The position numbers and the translations under genes are program-made. This document shows, piece after piece, positions 41,812 through 61,142 of a stretch of 64,000 nucleotides of DNA; positions within the stretch are counted from its first letter, which is position 1, and every line of letters starts with the position of its first letter. The notes under the pieces are model-generated. The model worked only from the letters and a program-made list of their open reading frames with translations, was not told where the DNA came from and made no database searches. Source of the DNA: the human T2T-CHM13v2.0 reference genome, Homo sapiens. Where the stretch lies: assembly GCF_009914755.1 (NCBI RefSeq), contig NC_060948.1. One strand, given 5' to 3'.

Positions 41812-43914
41812 AGATCCATATTTTTTAAATGAAAAAAAATTTCAAAGGTACTCTGCTTGGTACAATAATCAAATGTATAAACTGAGGAATAAAACATAAC
41901 CATGAAACCTACTTATAAATGCATATGGAAAATACAGAGGATAATTTTTTAAATAACATATTTTGAAAGCCTTAACTAGTAATTTGAAGAGTTGGCATTT
42001 GAAAGGCCAGTATGAATATACCTTCAAAGCAGCAACACAGGTTCCCCATGAGAAAAAGCAAACACAGGGAAAATAAAAACACAAAGGTTCAATCTCTTCT
42101 GACCTTTGAAAGACACAGCACAGACAGTGGTCCTTAGGACGAAGAGCAGGAGACCCCTAATTCCGTCACCATGGCGATAGGGCATAAACATTGCTGGGTG
42201 AGGGCACAATCCACATTGTGAGGTCCAACTGCTGCCAGGAAGACAGGAGTGCTTTTACATAGACCGAAAGGTCATTGAAGGCTCAGAGTTTTGTTTCAAG
42301 AACTGAATCCCAAGCCCACACGTTATTAGGCTGCGCTTCTTAAAACAAGTTATGAGATGGGAAAAAGGGCACCCACAAACATAGGTATACATTATGTATA
42401 TAATAATATACAGTATCATATATATAATATATATAACCTATGTATAATATTGTTTTACATCCTGCATCCTATGTTATATATATTGTATAAAATATAATAA
42501 TTGATAATATATAAGTTTTATAATTATACAATATGACATATAGTATATATTATAATTTATGACATATATAATATATGTTATATATCATATATAGAGTATA
42601 TTATACGGTTAATATACGTATTAAATATAAATTATACATTATATATATTATATATAATATATCTGTTATATATAATACCCATTATGCATAATATATATAT
42701 TATGTCTATGTTATATATAGTATAAAACAACATATAATAATATATAATTGTATATATAAAATGCGACATATAATATATATTATATTTTATAACATATGTA
42801 ATATATATTATATATTATATATAATACGTTGTATGTATAATACCTATATTAAATATATATTATATGACTATGTTATTAATTACATGTCACATGTGTTATA
42901 TATTATATATTTTACATAGAATATACCGGTTACATACAATATATACTATGTTACCTATAATGTATAATTTATTACATGTAAAATAAAGAATGCAATATAT
43001 TATGTATAATTTATAATATACCATATGTGGAATGTGATATATATAACATATAATATATGATATATGATGTACAGTATATGATATATAACATACAATATAT
43101 GATTCCTAATATATATGGTATACAATATATATTTTATGATATGTATTCTATGTTTTATATTCTGATATATATAACTATTTGAAATTATATATAACTGTAT
43201 AATATTTTATGTAAATATGTAATATAATATATATAACTATATAATATATTATATATAACTATATATTATGTTATATATACTTTTATAACATAATTTACAT
43301 AAAATATCATAATATAATATATATTATATTATTTCATATTACATAATATATATTACATATCACCCAATATAACTAACATACATAATATTATAATATAGAT
43401 TATATTATGTTATATTAAATATCATATATATCATGTATCATATATTCTATAATATATATTACACATTATATAATATGTATGTTGTCTATTATGTGATATA
43501 TATAACTATATGTATTATTATATTTTTATACATATAACTAGATAAACATGTAATTCTACATATTTTCATTTATAATATGTAGAATTATATAATCATATAT
43601 AATTATTTATATTCTATAAAAAATTTTATCATTATATAAATTATAATATATAAAAATTATAATATGTACTACAAATATATATATTATATATCATATATGA
43701 TATAGTACCTTTGTTATATATCATAATACATATAAATGTGTATTATGTTATCTATAATTATATAATTTCATATATAAGATGTATAATATGTATCATACAT
43801 TATATATGTTATGTAATATATATAGTATTTATAAGATGACACAGGATAAATATTATATACTATGACATATAAAATATATGAGGTTATATGTTACATATAA
43901 GGCATAGCACATAA

Positions 43915-44229
<315 letters not shown>

Positions 44230-46332
44230 AGATCCATATTTTTTAAATGAAAAAAAATTTCAAAGGTACTCTGCTTGGTACAATAATCAAATGTATAAAC
44301 TGAGGAATAAAACATAACCATGAAACCTACTTATAAATGCATATGGAAAATACAGAGGATAATTTTTTAAATAACATATTTTGAAAGCCTTAACTAGTAA
44401 TTTGAAGAGTTGGCATTTGAAAGGCCAGTATGAATATACCTTCAAAGCAGCAACACAGGTTCCCCATGAGAAAAAGCAAACACAGGGAAAATAAAAACAC
44501 AAAGGTTCAATCTCTTCTGACCTTTGAAAGACACAGCACAGACAGTGGTCCTTAGGACGAAGAGCAGGAGACCCCTAATTCCGTCACCATGGCGATAGGG
44601 CATAAACATTGCTGGGTGAGGGCACAATCCACATTGTGAGGTCCAACTGCTGCCAGGAAGACAGGAGTGCTTTTACATAGACCGAAAGGTCATTGAAGGC
44701 TCAGAGTTTTGTTTCAAGAACTGAATCCCAAGCCCACAGGTTATTAGGCTGCGCTTCTTAAAACAAGTTATGAGATGGGAAAAAGGGCACCCACAAACAT
44801 ACGTATACATTATGTATATAATAATATACAGTATCATATATATAATATATATAACCTATGTATAATATTGTTTTACATCCTGCATCCTATGTTATATATA
44901 TTGTATAAAATATAATAATTGATAATATATAAGTTTTATAATTATACAATATGACATATAGTATATATTATAATTTATGACATATATAATATATGTTATA
45001 TATCATATATAGAGTATATTATACGGTTAATATACGTATTAAATATAAATTATACATTATATATATTATATATAATATATCTGTTATATATAATACCCAT
45101 TATGCATAATATATATATTATGTCTATGTTATATATAGTATAAAACAACATATAATAATATATAATTGTATATATAAAATGCGACATATAATATATATTA
45201 TATTTTATAACATATGTAATATATATTATATATTATATATAATACGTTGTATGTATAATACCTATATTAAATATATATTATATGACTATGTTATTAATTA
45301 CATGTCACATGTGTTATATATTATATATTTTACATAGAATATACCGGTTACATACAATATATACTATGTTACCTATAATGTATAATTTATTACATGTAAA
45401 ATAAAGAATGCAATATATTATGTATAATTTATAATATACCATATGTGGAATGTGATATATATAACATATAATATATGATATATGATGTACAGTATATGAT
45501 ATATAACATACAATATATGATTCCTAATATATATGGTATACAATATATATTTTATGATATGTATTCTATGTTTTATATTCTGATATATATAACTATTTGA
45601 AATTATATATAACTGTATAATATTTTATGTAAATATGTAATATAATATATATAACTATATAATATATTATATATAACTATATATTATGTTATATATACTT
45701 TTATAACATAATTTACATAAAATATCATAATATAATATATATTATATTATTTCATATTACATAATATATATTACATATCACCCAATATAACTAACATACA
45801 TAATATTGTAATATAGATTATATTATGTTATATTAAATATCATATATATCATGTATCATATATTCTATAATATATATTACACATTATATAATATGTATGT
45901 TGTCTATTATGTGATATATATAACTATATGTATTATTATATTTTTATACATATAACTAGATAAACATGTAATTCTACATATTTTCATTTATAATATGTAG
46001 AATTATATAATCATATATAATTATTTATATTCTATAAAAAATTTTATCATTATATAAATTATAATATATAAAAATTATAATATGTACTACAAATATATAT
46101 ATTATATATCATATATGATATAGTACCTTTGTTATATATCATAATACATATAAATGTGTATTATGTTATCTATAATTATATAATTTCATATATAAGATGT
46201 ATAATATGTATCATACATTATATATGTTATGTAATATATATAGTATTTATAAGATGACACAGGATAAATATTATATACTATGACATATAAAATATATGAG
46301 GTTATATGTTACATATAAGGCATAGCACATAA

Positions 46333-46647
<315 letters not shown>

Positions 46648-48773
46648 AGATCCATATTTTTTAAATGAAAAAAAATTTCAAAGGTACTCTGCTTGGTACA
46701 ATAATCAAATGTATAAACTGAGGAATAAAACATAACCATGAAACCTACTTATAAATGCATATGGAAAATACAGAGGATAATTTTTTAAATAACATATTTT
46801 GAAAGCCTTAACTAGTAATTTGAAGAGTTGGCATTTGAAAGGCCAGTATGAATATACCTTCAAAGCAGCAACACAGGTTCCCCATGAGAAAAAGCAAACA
46901 CAGGGAAAATAAAAACACAAAGGTTCAATCTCTTCTGACCTTTGAAAGACACAGCACAGACAGTGGTCCTTAGGACGAAGAGCAGGAGACCCCTAATTCC
47001 GTCACCATGGCGATAGGGCATAAACATTGCTGGGTGAGGGCACAATCCACATTGTGAGGTCCAACTGCTGCCAGGAAGACAGGAGTGCTTTTACATAGAC
47101 CGAAAGGTCATTGAAGGCTCAGAGTTTTGTTTCAAGAACTGAATCCCAAGCCCACACGTTATTAGGCTGCGCTTCTTAAAACAAGTTATGAGATGGGAAA
47201 AAGGGCACCCACAAACATACGTATACATTATGTATATAATAATATACAGTATCATATATATAATATATATAACCTATGTATAATATTGTTTTACATCCTG
47301 CATCCTATGTTATATATATTGTATAAAATATAATAATTGATAATATATAAGTTTTATAATTATACAATATGACATATAGTATATATTATAATTTATGACA
47401 TATATAATATATGTTATATATCATATATAGAGTATATTATACGGTTAATATACGTATTAAATATAAATTATACATTATATATATTATATATAATATATCT
47501 GTTATATATAATACCCATTATGCATAATATATATATTATGTCTATGTTATATATAGTATAAAACAACATATAATAATATATAATTGTATATATAAAATGC
47601 GACATATAATATATATTATATTTTATAACATATGTAATATATATTATATATTATATATAATACGTTGTATGTATAATACCTATATTAAATATATATTATA
47701 TGACTATGTTATTAATTACATGTCACATGTGTTATATATTATATATTTTACATAGAATATACCGGTTACATACAATATATACTATGTTACCTATAATGTA
47801 TAATTTATTACATGTAAAATAAAGAATGCAATATATTATGTATAATTTATAATATACCATATGTGGAATGTGATATATATAACATATAATATATGATATA
47901 TGATGTACAGTATATGATATATAACATACAATATATGATTCCTAATATATATGGTATACAATATATATTTTATGATATGTATTCTATGTTTTATATTCTG
48001 ATATATATAACTATTTGAAATTATATATAACTGTATAATATTTTATGTAAATATGTAATATAATATATATAACTATATAATATATTATATATAACTATAT
48101 ATTATGTTATATATACTTTTATAACATAATTTACATAAAATATCATAATATAATATATATTATATTATTTCATATTACATAATATATATTACATATCACC
48201 CAATATAACTAACATACATAATATTATAATATAGATTATATTATGTTATATTAAATATCATATATATCATGTATCATATATTCTATAATATATATTACAC
48301 ATTATATAATATGTATGTTGTCTATTATGTGATATATATAACTATATATATAATTATATTTTTATACATATAACTAGATAACCATGTAATTCTACATATT
48401 TTCATTTATAATATGTAGAATTATATAATCATATATAATTATTTATATTCTATAAAAAATTTTATCATTATATAAATTATAATATATAAAAATTATAATA
48501 TGTACTACAAATATATATATTATATATCATATATGATATAGTACCTTTGTTATATATCATAATACATATAAATGTGTATTATGTTATCTATAATTATATA
48601 ATTTCATATATAAGATGTATAATATGTATCATATATTATATATGTTATGTAATATATATAGTATATATAAGATGACACAGGATAAATATTATATACTATG
48701 ACATATAAAATATATGAGGTTATATGTTACATATAAGGCATAGCACATAACATGTAATATATATGATATATAA

Positions 48774-49065
48774 TTTTTTTTTAGACAGAATCTTGTCCTG
48801 TTGCACAGGTTGGGGTTCAATGGCGCCATCTTTGCTCACTGCAACTTCTGCCTCACGGGTCCAAGCGATTGTCCTCCCTCAGCCTCCCAGGTAGCTGGGA
48901 CTACACCACACTGGGACTACACCAGCTGCCACCATGCCTAGCTAATTTTTTGGATTTTTAGTAGTGACAGCGTTTCACTGTATTGGCCAGGATGGTCTTG
49001 ATCTCTTCACCTTGTGATCCCCTTGCCTTGGCCTCCAAATTTGCTGGGATTACAGGCCTGAGCCA
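48774..49065 (-). mobile_element. Alu fragment, unit 21
   Basis: Same antisense Alu as 415-706. Confidence 0.93.
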
Positions 49066-51163
49066 AGATCCATATTTTTTAAATGAAAAAAAATTTCAAA
49101 GGTACTCTGCTTGGTACAATAATCAAATGTATAAACTGAGGAATAAAACATAACCATGAAACCTACTTATAACTGCATATGGAAAATACAGAGGATAATT
49201 TTTTAAATAACATATTTTGAAAGCCTTAACTAGTAATTTGAAGAGTTGGCATTTGAAAGGCCAGTATGAATATACCTTCAAAGCAGCAACACAGGTTCCC
49301 CATGAGAAAAAGCAAACACAGGGAAAATAAAAACACAAAGGTTCAATCTCTTCTGACCTTTGAAAGACACAGCACAGACAGTGGTCCTTAGGACGAAGAG
49401 CAGGAGACCCCTAATTCCGTCACCATGGCGATAGGGCATAAACATTGCTGGGTGAGGGCACAATCCACATTGTGAGGTCCAACTGCTGCCAGGAAGACAG
49501 GAGTGCTTTTACATAGACCGAAAGGTCATTGAAGGCTCAGAGTTTTCTTTCAAGAACTGAATCCCAAGCCCACACGTTATTAGGCTGCGCTTCTTAAAAC
49601 AAGTTATGAGATGGGAAAAAGGGCACCCACAAACATACGTATACATTATGTATATAATAATATACAGTATCATATATATAATATATATAACCTATGTATA
49701 ATATTGTTTTACATCCTGCATCTTGTTATATATATTGTATAAAATATAATAATTGATAATATATAAGTTTTATAATTATACAATATGACTTATAGTATAT
49801 ATTATAATTTATGACATATATAATATATGTTATATATCATATATAGAGTATATTATACGGTTAATATACGTATTAAATATAAATTATACATTATATATAT
49901 TATATATAATATATCTGTTATATATAATACCCATTATGCATAATATATATATTATGTCTATGTTATATATAGTATAAAACAACATATAATAATATATAAT
50001 TGTACATATAAAATGCGACATATAATATATATTATATTTTATAACATATGTAATATATATTATATATTATATATAATACGTTGTATGTATAATACCTATA
50101 TTAAATATATATTATATGACTATGTTATTAATTACATGTCACATGTGTTATATATTATATATTTTACATAGAATATACCGGTTACATACAATATATACTA
50201 TGTTACCTATAATGTATAATTTATTACATGTAAAATAAAGAATGCAATATATTATGTATAATTTATAATATACAATATATGGAATGTGATATATATAACA
50301 TATATGATATATGATATACAGTATATGATATATAACATACAATATATGATTCCTAATATATATGGTATACAATATATATTTTATGATATGTATTCTATAT
50401 GTTTTATATTCTGTCATATATAACTATTTGAAATTATATATAACTGTATAATATTTTATGTAAATATGTAATATAATATATATAACTATATAATATATTA
50501 TATATAACTATATATTATGTTATATATACTTTTATAACATAATTTACATAAAATATCATAATATAATATATATTATATTATTTCATATTACATAATATAT
50601 ATTACATATCACCCAATATAACTAACATACTTAATATTATAATATAGATTATATTATGTTATATTAAATATCATATATATCATGTATCATATATTCTATA
50701 ATATATATTACACATTATATAATATGTATGATGTCTATTATGTGATATATATAACTATATATATAATTATATTTTTATACATATAACTAGATAAACACGT
50801 AATTCTACATATTTTCATTTATAATATGTAGAATTATATAATCATATATAATTATTTATATTCTATAAAAAATTTTATCATTATATAAATTATAATATAT
50901 AAAAATTATAATATGTACTACAAATATATATATTATATATCATATATGATATAGTACCTTTGTTATATATCATAATACTTATAAATGTGTATTATGTTAT
51001 CTATAATTATATAATTTCATATATAAGATGTATAATATGTATCATATATTATATATGTTATGTAATATATATAGTATATATAAGATGACACAGGATAAAT
51101 ATTATATACTATGACATATAAAGTATATGAGGTTATATGTTACATATAAGGCATAGCACATAA

Positions 51164-51478
<315 letters not shown>

Positions 51479-53581
51479 AGATCCATATTTTTTAAATGAA
51501 AAAAAATTTCAAAGGTACTCTGCTTGGTACAATAATCAAATGTATAAACTGAGGAATAAAACATAACCATGAAACCTACTTATAAATGCATATGGAAAAT
51601 ACAGAGGATAATTTTTTAAATAACATATTTTGAAAGCCTTAACTAGTAATTTGAAGAGCTGGCATTTGAAAGGCCAGTATGAATATACCTTCAAAGCAGC
51701 AACACAGGTTCCCCATGAGAAAAAGCAAACACAGGGAAAATAAAAACACAAAGGTTCAATCTCTTCTGACCTTTGAAAGACACAGCACAGACAGTGGTCC
51801 TTAGGACGAAGAGCAGGAGACCCCTAATTCCGTCACCATGGCGATAGGGCATAAACATTGCTGGGTGAGGGCACAATCCACATTGTGAGGTCCAACTGCT
51901 GCCAGGAAGACAGGAGTGCTTTTACATAGACCGAAAGGTCATTGAAGGCTCAGAGTTTTGTTTCAAGAACTGAATCCCAAGCCCACACGTTATTAGGCTG
52001 CGCTTCTTAAAACAAGTTATGAGATGGGGAAAAGGGCACCCACAAACATACGTATACATTATGTATATAATAATATAAAGTATCATATATATAATATATA
52101 TAACCTATGTATAATATTGTTTTACATCCTGCATCTTATGTTATATATATTGTATAAAATATAATAATTGATAATATATAAGTTTTATAATTATACAATA
52201 TGACATATAGTATATATTATAATTTATGACATATAATATATGTTATACGTCATATATAGAATATATTATACGGTTAATATACGTATTAAATATAAATTAT
52301 ACATTATATATATTATATATAATATATCTGTTATATATAATACCCATTATGCATAATATATATATTATGTCTATGTTATATATAGTATAAAACACCATAT
52401 AATAATATATAATTGTATATATAAAATGCGACATATAATATATATTATATTTAATAACATATGTAATATATATTATATATTATATATAATACGTTGTATG
52501 TATAATACCTGTATTAAATATATATTATATGACTATGTTATTAATTACATGTCACATGTGTTATATATTATATATTTTACATAGAATATACCGGTTACAT
52601 ACAATATATACTATGTTACCTATAATGTATAATTTATTACATGTAAAATAAAGAATGCAATATATTATGTAAAATTTATAATATACAATATGTGGAATGT
52701 GATATATATAACATATAATATATGATATATGATGTACAGTATATGATATATAACATACAATATATGATTCCTAATATATATGGTATACAATGTATATTTT
52801 ATGATATGTATTCTATATGTTTTATATTCTGTTATATATAACTATTTGAAATTATATATAACTGTATAATATTTTATGTAAATATGTAATATAATATATA
52901 TAACTATATAATATATTATATATAACTATATATTATGTTATATATACTTTTATAACATAATTTACATAAAATATCATAATATAATATATATTATATTATT
53001 TCATATTACATAATATATATTACATATCACCCAATATAACTAACATACATAATATTATAATATAGATTATATTATGTTATATTAAATATCATATATATCA
53101 TGTATCATATATTCTATAATATATATTACACATTATATAATATGTATGTTGTCTATTATGTGATATATATAACTATATATATAATTATATTTTTATACAT
53201 ATAACTAGATAAACATGTAATTCTACATATTTTCATTTATAATATGTAGAATTATATAATCATATATAATTATTTATATTCTATAAAAAATTTTATCATT
53301 ATATAAATTATAATATATAAAAATTATAATATGTACTACAAATATATATATTATATATCATATATGATATAGTACCTTTGTTATATATCATAATACATAT
53401 AAATGTGTATTATGTTATCTATAATTATATAATTTCATATATAAGATGTATAATATGTATCATATATTATATATGTTATGTAATATATATAGTATATATA
53501 AGATGACACAGGATAAATATTATATACTATGACATATAAAATATATGAGGTTATATGTTACATATAAGGCATAGCACATAA

Positions 53582-53896
<315 letters not shown>

Positions 53897-56001
53897 AGAT
53901 CCATATTTTTTAAATGAAAAAAAATTTCAAAGGTACTCTGCTTGGTACAATAATCAAATGTATAAACTGAGGAATAAAACATAACCATGAAACCTACTTA
54001 TAACTGCATATGGAAAATACAGAGGATAATTTTTTAAATAACATATTTTGAAAGCCTTAACTAGTAATTTGAAGAGTTGGCATTTGAAAGGCCAGTATGA
54101 ATATACCTTCAAAGCAGCAACACATGTTCCCCATGAGAAAAAGCAAACACAGGGAAAATAAAAACACAAAGGTTCAATCTCTTCTGACCTTTGAAAGACA
54201 CAGCACAGACAGTGGTCCTTAGGACGAAGAGCAGGAGACCCCTAATTCCGTCACCATGGCGATAGGGCATAAACATTGCTGGGTGAGGGCACAATCCACA
54301 TTGTGAGGTCCAACTGCTGCCAGGAAGACAGGAGTGCTTTTACATAGACCGAAAGGTCATTGAAGGCTCAGAGTTTTGTTTCAAGAACTGAATCCCAAGC
54401 CCACACGTTATTAGGCTGCGCTTCTTAAAACAAGTTATGAGATGGGAAAAAGGGCACCCACAAACATACGTATACATTATGTATATAATAATATACAGTA
54501 TCATATATATAATATATATAACCTATGTATAATATTGTTTTACATCCTGCATCTTATGTTATATATATTGTATAAAATATAATAATTGATAAAATATAAG
54601 TTTTATAATTATACAATATGACATATAGTATATATTATAATTTATGACATATATAATATATGTTATACATCATATATAGAATATATTATACGGTTAATAT
54701 ACGTATTAAATATAAATTATACATTATATATATTATATATAATATATCTGTTATATATAATACCCATTTTGCATAATATATATATTATGTCTATGTTATA
54801 TATAGTATAAAACCACATATAATAATATATAATTGTATATATAAAATGCGACATATAATATATATTATATTTTATAACATATGTAATATATATTATATAT
54901 TATATATAATACGTTGTATGTATAATACCTATATTAAATATATATTATATGACTATGTTATTAATTACATGTCACATGTGTTATATATTATATATTTTAC
55001 ATAGACTATACCGGTTACATTCAATATATACTATGTTACCTATAATGTATAATTTATTACATGTAAAATAAAGAATGCAATATATTATGTAAAATTTATA
55101 ATATACAATATGTGGAATGTGATATATATAACATATAATATATGATATATGATGTACAGTATATGATATATAACATACAATATATGATTCCTAATATATA
55201 TGGTATACAATATATATTTTATGATATGTATTCTATATGTTTTATATTCTGTTATATATAACTATTTGAAATTATATATAACTGTATAATATTTTATGTA
55301 AATATGTAATATAATATATATAACTATATAATATATTATATATAACTATATATTATGTTATATATACTTTTATAACATAATTTACATAAAATATCATAAT
55401 ATAATATATATTATATTATTTCATATTACATAATATATATTACATATCACCCAATATAACTAACATACATAATAGTATAATACAGATTATATTATGTTAT
55501 ATTAAATATCATATATATCATGTATCATATATTCTATAATATATATTACACATTATATAATATGTATGTTGTCTATTATGTGATATATATAACTATATAT
55601 ATAATTATATTTTTATACATATAACTAGATAAACATGTAATTCTACATATTTTCATTTATAATATGTAGAATTATATAATCATATATAATTATTTATATT
55701 CTATAAAAAATTTTATCATTATATAAATTATAATATATAAAAATTATAATATGTACTACAAATATATATATTATATATCATATATGATATAGTACCTTTG
55801 TTATATATCATAATACATATAAATGTGTATTATGTTATCTATAATTATATAATTTCATATATAAGATGTATAATATGTATCATATATTATATATGTTATG
55901 TAATATATATAGTATATATAAGATGACACAGGATAAATATTATATACTATGACATATAAAATATATGAGGTTATATGTTACATATAAGGCATAGCACATA
56001 A

Positions 56002-56316
<315 letters not shown>

Positions 56317-58414
56317 AGATCCATATTTTTTAAATGAAAAAAAATTTCAAAGGTACTCTGCTTGGTACAATAATCAAATGTATAAACTGAGGAATAAAAC
56401 ATAACCATGAAACCTACTTATAACTGCATATGGAAAATACAGAGGATAATTTTTTAAATAACATATTTTGAAAGCCTTAACTAGTAATTTGAAGAGTTGG
56501 CATTTGAAAGGCCAGTATGAATATACCTTCAAAGCAGCAACACAGGTTCCCCAGGAGAAAAAGCAAACACAGGGAAAATAAAAACACAAAGGTTCAATCT
56601 CTTCAGACCTTTGAAAGACACAGCACAGACAGTGGTCCTTAGGACGAAGAGCAGGAGACCCCTTATTCCGTCACCATGGCGATAGGGCATAAACATTGCT
56701 GGGTGAGGGCACAATCCATATTGTGAGGTCCAACTGCTGCCAGGAAGACAGGAGTGCTTTTACATAGACCGAAAGGTCATTGAAGGCTCAGAGTTTTGTT
56801 TCAAGAACTGAATTCCAAGCCCACACGTTATTAGGCTGCGCTTCTTAAAACAAGTTATGAGATGGGAAAAAGGGCACCCACAAACATACGTATACATTAT
56901 GTATATAATAATATACAGTATCATATATATAATATATATAACCTATGTATAATATTGTTTTACATCCTGCATCTTATGTTATATATATTGTATAAAATAT
57001 AATAATTGATAATATATAAGTTTTATAATTATACAATATGACATATAGTATATATTATAATTTATGACATATATAATATATGTTATATATCATATATAGA
57101 ATATATTATACGGTTAATATACGTATTAAATATAAATTATACATTATATATATTATATATAATATATCTGATATATATAATACCCATTATGCATAATATA
57201 TATATTATGTCTATGTTATATATAGTATAAAACAACATATAATAATATATAATTGTATATATAAAATGCGACATATAATATATATTATATTTTATAACAT
57301 ATGTAATATATATTATATATAATACGTTGTATGTATAATACCTATATTAAATATATATTATATGACTATGTTATTAATTACATGTCACATGTGTTATATA
57401 TTATATATTTTACATAGAATATACCGGTTACATACAATATATACTATGTTACCTATAATGTATAATTTATTACATGTAAAATAAAGAATGCAATATATTA
57501 TGTATAATTTATAATATACAATATGTGGAATGTGATATATATAACATATAATATATGATATATGATGTACAGTATATGATATATAACATACAATATATGA
57601 TTCCTAATATATATGGTATACAATATATATTTTATGATATGTATTCTATATGTTTTATATTCTGTTATATTTAACTATTTGAAATTATATATAACTGTAT
57701 AATATTTTATATAAATATGTAATATAATATATATAACTATATAATATATTATATATAACTATATATTATGTTATATATACTTTTATAACATAATTTACAT
57801 AAAATATCATAATATAATATATATTATATTATTTCATATTACATAATATATATTACATATCACCCAATATAACTAACATACATAATATTATAATATAGAT
57901 TATATTGTGTTATATTAAATATCATATATATCATGTATCATATATTCTATAATATATATTACACATTATATAATATGTATGTTGTCTATTATGTGATATA
58001 TATAACTATATATATAATTATATTTTTATACATATAACTAGATAAACATGTAATTCTACATATTTTCAGTTATAATATGTAGAATTATATAATCATATAT
58101 AATTATTTATATTCTATAAAAAATTTTATCATTATATAAATTATAATATATAAAAATTATAATATGTACTACAAATATATATATTATATATCATATATGA
58201 TATAGTACCTTTGTTATATATCATAATACATATAAATGTGTATTATGTTATCTATAATTATATAATTTCATATATAAGATGTATAATATGTATCATATAT
58301 TATATATGTTATGTAATATATATAGTATATATAAGATGACACAGGATAAATGTTATATACTATGACATATTAAATATATGAGGTTATATGTTACATATAA
58401 GGCATAGCACATAA

Positions 58415-58729
<315 letters not shown>

Positions 58730-60827
58730 AGATCCATATTTTTTAAATGAAAAAAAATTTCAAAGGTACTCTGCTTGGTACAATAATCAAATGTATAAAC
58801 TGAGGAATAAAACATAACCATGAAACCTACTTATAACTGCATATGGAAAATACAGAGGATAATTTTTTAAATAACATATTTTGAAAGCCTTAACTAGTAA
58901 TTTGAAGAGTTGGCATTTGAAAGGCCAGTATGAATATACCTTCAAAGCAGCAACACAGGTTCCCCAGGAGAAAAAGCAAACACAGGGAAAATAAAAACAC
59001 AAAGGTTCAATCTCTTCTGACCTTTGAAAGACACAGCACAGACAGTGGTCCTTAGGACGAAGAGCAGGAGACCCCTAATTCCGTCACCATGGCGATAGGG
59101 CATAAACATTGCTGGGTGAGGGCACAATCCACATTGTGAGGTCCAACTGCTGCCAGGAAGACAGGAGTGCTTTTACATAGACCGAAAGGTCATTGAAGGC
59201 TCAGAGTTTTGTTTCAAGAACTGAATCCCAAGCCCACACGTTATTAGGCTGCGCTTCTTAAAACAAGTTATGAGATGGGAAAAAGGGCACCCACAAACAT
59301 ACGTATACATTATGTATATAATAATATACAGTATCATATATATAATATATATAACCTATGTATAATATTGTTTTACATCCTGCATCTTATGTTATATATA
59401 TTGTATAAAATATAATAATTGATAATATATAAGTTTTATAATTATACAATATGACATATAGTATATATTATAATTTATGACATATATAATATATGTTATA
59501 TATCATATATAGAATATATTATACGGTTAATATACGTATTAAATATAAATTATACATTATATATATTATATATAATATATCTGTTATATATAATACCCAT
59601 TATGCATAATATATATATTTTGTCTATGTTATATATAGTATAAAACAACATATAATAATATATAATTGTATATATAAAATGCGACATATAATATATATTA
59701 TACTTTATAACATATGTAATATATATTATATATAATACGTTGTATGTATAATACCTATATTAAATATATATTATATGACTATGTTATTAATTACATGTCA
59801 CATGTGTTATATATTATATATTTTACATAGAATATACCGGTTACATACAATATATACTATGTTACCTATAATGTATAATTTATTACATGTAAAATAAAGA
59901 ATGCAATATATTATGTAAAATTTATAATATACAATATGTGGAATGTGATATATATAACATATAATATATGATATATGATATACAATATATGATATATAAC
60001 ATACAATATATGATTCCTAATATATATGGTATACAATATATATTTTATGATATATATTCTATATGTTTTATATTCTGTTATATTTAACTATTTGAAATTA
60101 TATATAACTGTATAATATTTTATGTAAATATGTAATATAATATATATAACTATATAATATATTATATATAACTATATATTATGTTATATATACTTTTATA
60201 ACATAATTTACATAAAATATCATAATATAATATATATTATATTATTTCATATTACATAATATATATTACATATCACCCAATATAACTAACATACATAATA
60301 TTATAATATAGATTATATTGTGTTATATTAAATATCATATATATCATGTATCATATATTCTATAATATATATTACACATTATATAATATGTATGTTGTCT
60401 ATTATGTGATATATATAACTATATATATAATTATATTTTTATACATATAACTAGATAAACATGTAATTCTACATATTTTCAGTTATAATATGTAGAATTA
60501 TATAATCATATATAATTATTTATATTCTATAAAAAATTTTATCATTATATAAATTATAATATATAAAAATTATAATATGTACTACAAATATATATATTAT
60601 ATATCATATATGATATAGTACCTTTGTTATATATCATAATACATATAAATGTGTATTATGTTATCTATAATTATATAATTTCATATATAAGATGTATAAT
60701 ATGTATCATATATTATATATGTTATGTAATATATATAGTATATATAAGATGACACAGGATAAATATTATATACTATGACATATTAAATATATGAGGTTAT
60801 ATGTTACATATAAGGCATAGCACATAA

Positions 60828-61142
<315 letters not shown>
